Shown piece after piece: positions 62,598 through 64,000 of a DNA stretch of 64,000 nt (position 1 is the first letter of the stretch; every line of letters starts with the position of its first letter). Below the pieces are notes generated by a model. The model was given only the letters and a program-made list of their open reading frames with translations, had not been told where the DNA came from and ran no database searches. The translations under genes and the position numbers were made by a program. Source of the DNA: Spirochaetota bacterium (GTDB taxonomy: Bacteria > Spirochaetota > GWE2-31-10 > MWDO01); the NCBI GenBank assembly GCA_031549085.1, contig JAVBQL010000021.1, positions 5,422-69,421 of the forward strand. The letters are read 5' to 3'.

Positions 62598-64000
62598 TTA
62601 AATATTTTCAATTTTATTTTTTAATTCATTGATAAAAGTATGATAAGTATCATTAATATCTTTCTTTTTCAATTCTTTTATTATATCTTTTTTTATTCTC
62701 TGCTTCTTTTCTTTATCATCTTTAATTACATCATCTATATTTTCTATTGCTGTCTTTGAATCATTGTATAAAAAGGTATTACATTCTTTTTGTAAACATT
62801 TTTCAATTAATTCTGTAGAAATAAAGTCTTCCATTGTTATAATACCTTGTACTGCATCAGAATAAGATAGCCATGCTGAGACATATTCTAAATAATTATT
62901 CTCAAAGTCTTTACGTTTATTATTGGAGGCTTTATCTGAATCTGTTACAATAACAAATTTTTTATTAACTGAAATAAGCAGTTGAACAAGTGCATCAACT
63001 TTAAAAATGCCTTGAAGATAGATAATTCCAGTTTCTTTAAAGTCTTTAGTCATATTATGATAATTACAATATTTATTAAATAGTTCTTTATCTAACCACC
63101 CTTCAAAAATAATATTTTTAGGTTTTATTGTTTCAAAAATAGTTGTTCCAATTGCTCTTCTAAGTAGTTCATCGTCACGAAAAGGAGCGTTCTCATCATG
63201 CTTTTTTATTATAGTAACATCATCATTTTTTTCAATTATAAGGTGTCTATCAATACAATTAGAATCTATCATATATGGTGAATGAGTAGTGTAGATAACC
63301 CTTGCTGTTTTAGCTATTCTTAATAGTTCATCGCGTAAATGCTCTGCACTTGTTGGGTATAGGCTTTGATCTGGTTCATCAATTAATATAATATCTCGAT
63401 CTCCAATCTGTTCTGAACGAGCTCCTGTTGATAGCATTAATAAAATAGTAATAAATTTTCTAAATCCATCACTTCTATCTTCAAAATTATATTTAGCTTT
63501 ATTAACTATTTTTATTAACATTTCATAATCTCCATTTGGTTTTAGTTCAATTGAACTATCTTTAAAATCTTTCCAAATAGACTTAAATGTTTTTGTTACT
63601 TCATTGGAAATTTGAACTAATAAATTATCATAATCACCATCTTGTCTTTTTGCATCATCAAACTCTTTTTTTATATCTTGACGATTACATAATATAAACA
63701 TGTTTTTTAAAGATTCATATTCTTCAGGATATGAAATAAAATTATTAATATCAATACGACTTGGTAATAAAAGAGAATCACTATATTGCCAATAATGACA
63801 CTGATAAGGAGATTCTTTATATATTTCTACTATAACATCAAAAAGACGCTTTCTTAAATCATCAGTATTTTGTTTTGTTCCTAGTTTATCAATATTAAAG
63901 TTTAATCCATTTAGATAGATATCATTTTCAAATTCAAAATCATTTATTGAATAATTCCAATATGCAAAGTATGGAGTTTTATTTTCTGCTATATCAATAC
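62598..64000 (-). CDS. OLD-family-like ABC ATPase-TOPRIM nuclease; N-terminus lies beyond the window
   Basis: Frame open from 63998; signature RSDG, Walker B ILIDEPD, H-loop TTHSPYM, TOPRIM FEG..D and DSD. Confidence 0.8.
   Translation of the reverse strand, partial: IDIAENKTPYFAYWNYSINDFEFENDIYLNGLNFNIDKLGTKQNTDDLRKRLFDVIVEIYKESPYQCHYWQYSDSLLLPSRIDINNFISYPEEYESLKNMFILCNRQDIKKEFDDAKRQDGDYDNLLVQISNEVTKTFKSIWKDFKDSSIELKPNGDYEMLIKIVNKAKYNFEDRSDGFRKFITILLMLSTGARSEQIGDRDIILIDEPDQSLYPTSAEHLRDELLRIAKTARVIYTTHSPYMIDSNCIDRHLIIEKNDDVTIIKKHDENAPFRDDELLRRAIGTTIFETIKPKNIIFEGWLDKELFNKYCNYHNMTKDFKETGIIYLQGIFKVDALVQLLISVNKKFVIVTDSDKASNNKRKDFENNYLEYVSAWLSYSDAVQGIITMEDFISTELIEKCLQKECNTFLYNDSKTAIENIDDVIKDDKEKKQRIKKDIIKELKKKDINDTYHTFINELKNKIENI

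Overview
AT-rich chromosomal window from a spirochaete, judged from FlaA, the amidase-GerMN-flaA order and a DUF5312-like gene. Most genes are scattered housekeeping functions: glgP, purD, folP, metY, epmA, mazG, an FMN-riboswitch ribD-ribE-ribBA operon with no ribH, ptsI, cysK, dapB, hisF, carB and prmC. There are also many envelope proteins and lipoproteins. The most unusual region is 34.7-40.6 kb. It holds two diverged copies of a ~180-200 bp hairpin element, each just after a TAG stop, bracketing ribBA and a beta-helix lipoprotein gene. That gene is frameshifted at a T10 tract in its signal peptide (candidate phase-OFF) and sits behind a ~200-nt structured leader with competing helices. 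Next to it is a Cache-HAMP-PP2C sensor split by one in-frame TAA. Other points of note: a five-gene envelope cluster with three CsgG/TolB-N-like proteins ending in P13-porin-like tails, an EpmA with an apparent OB-fold and probable ATA start, an SpsF-methyltransferase fusion near flaA, and an OLD-type ATPase-TOPRIM nuclease cut by the right edge. No rRNA, tRNA, CRISPR array or transposase was seen. All family calls are by eye from motifs; no searches were run.
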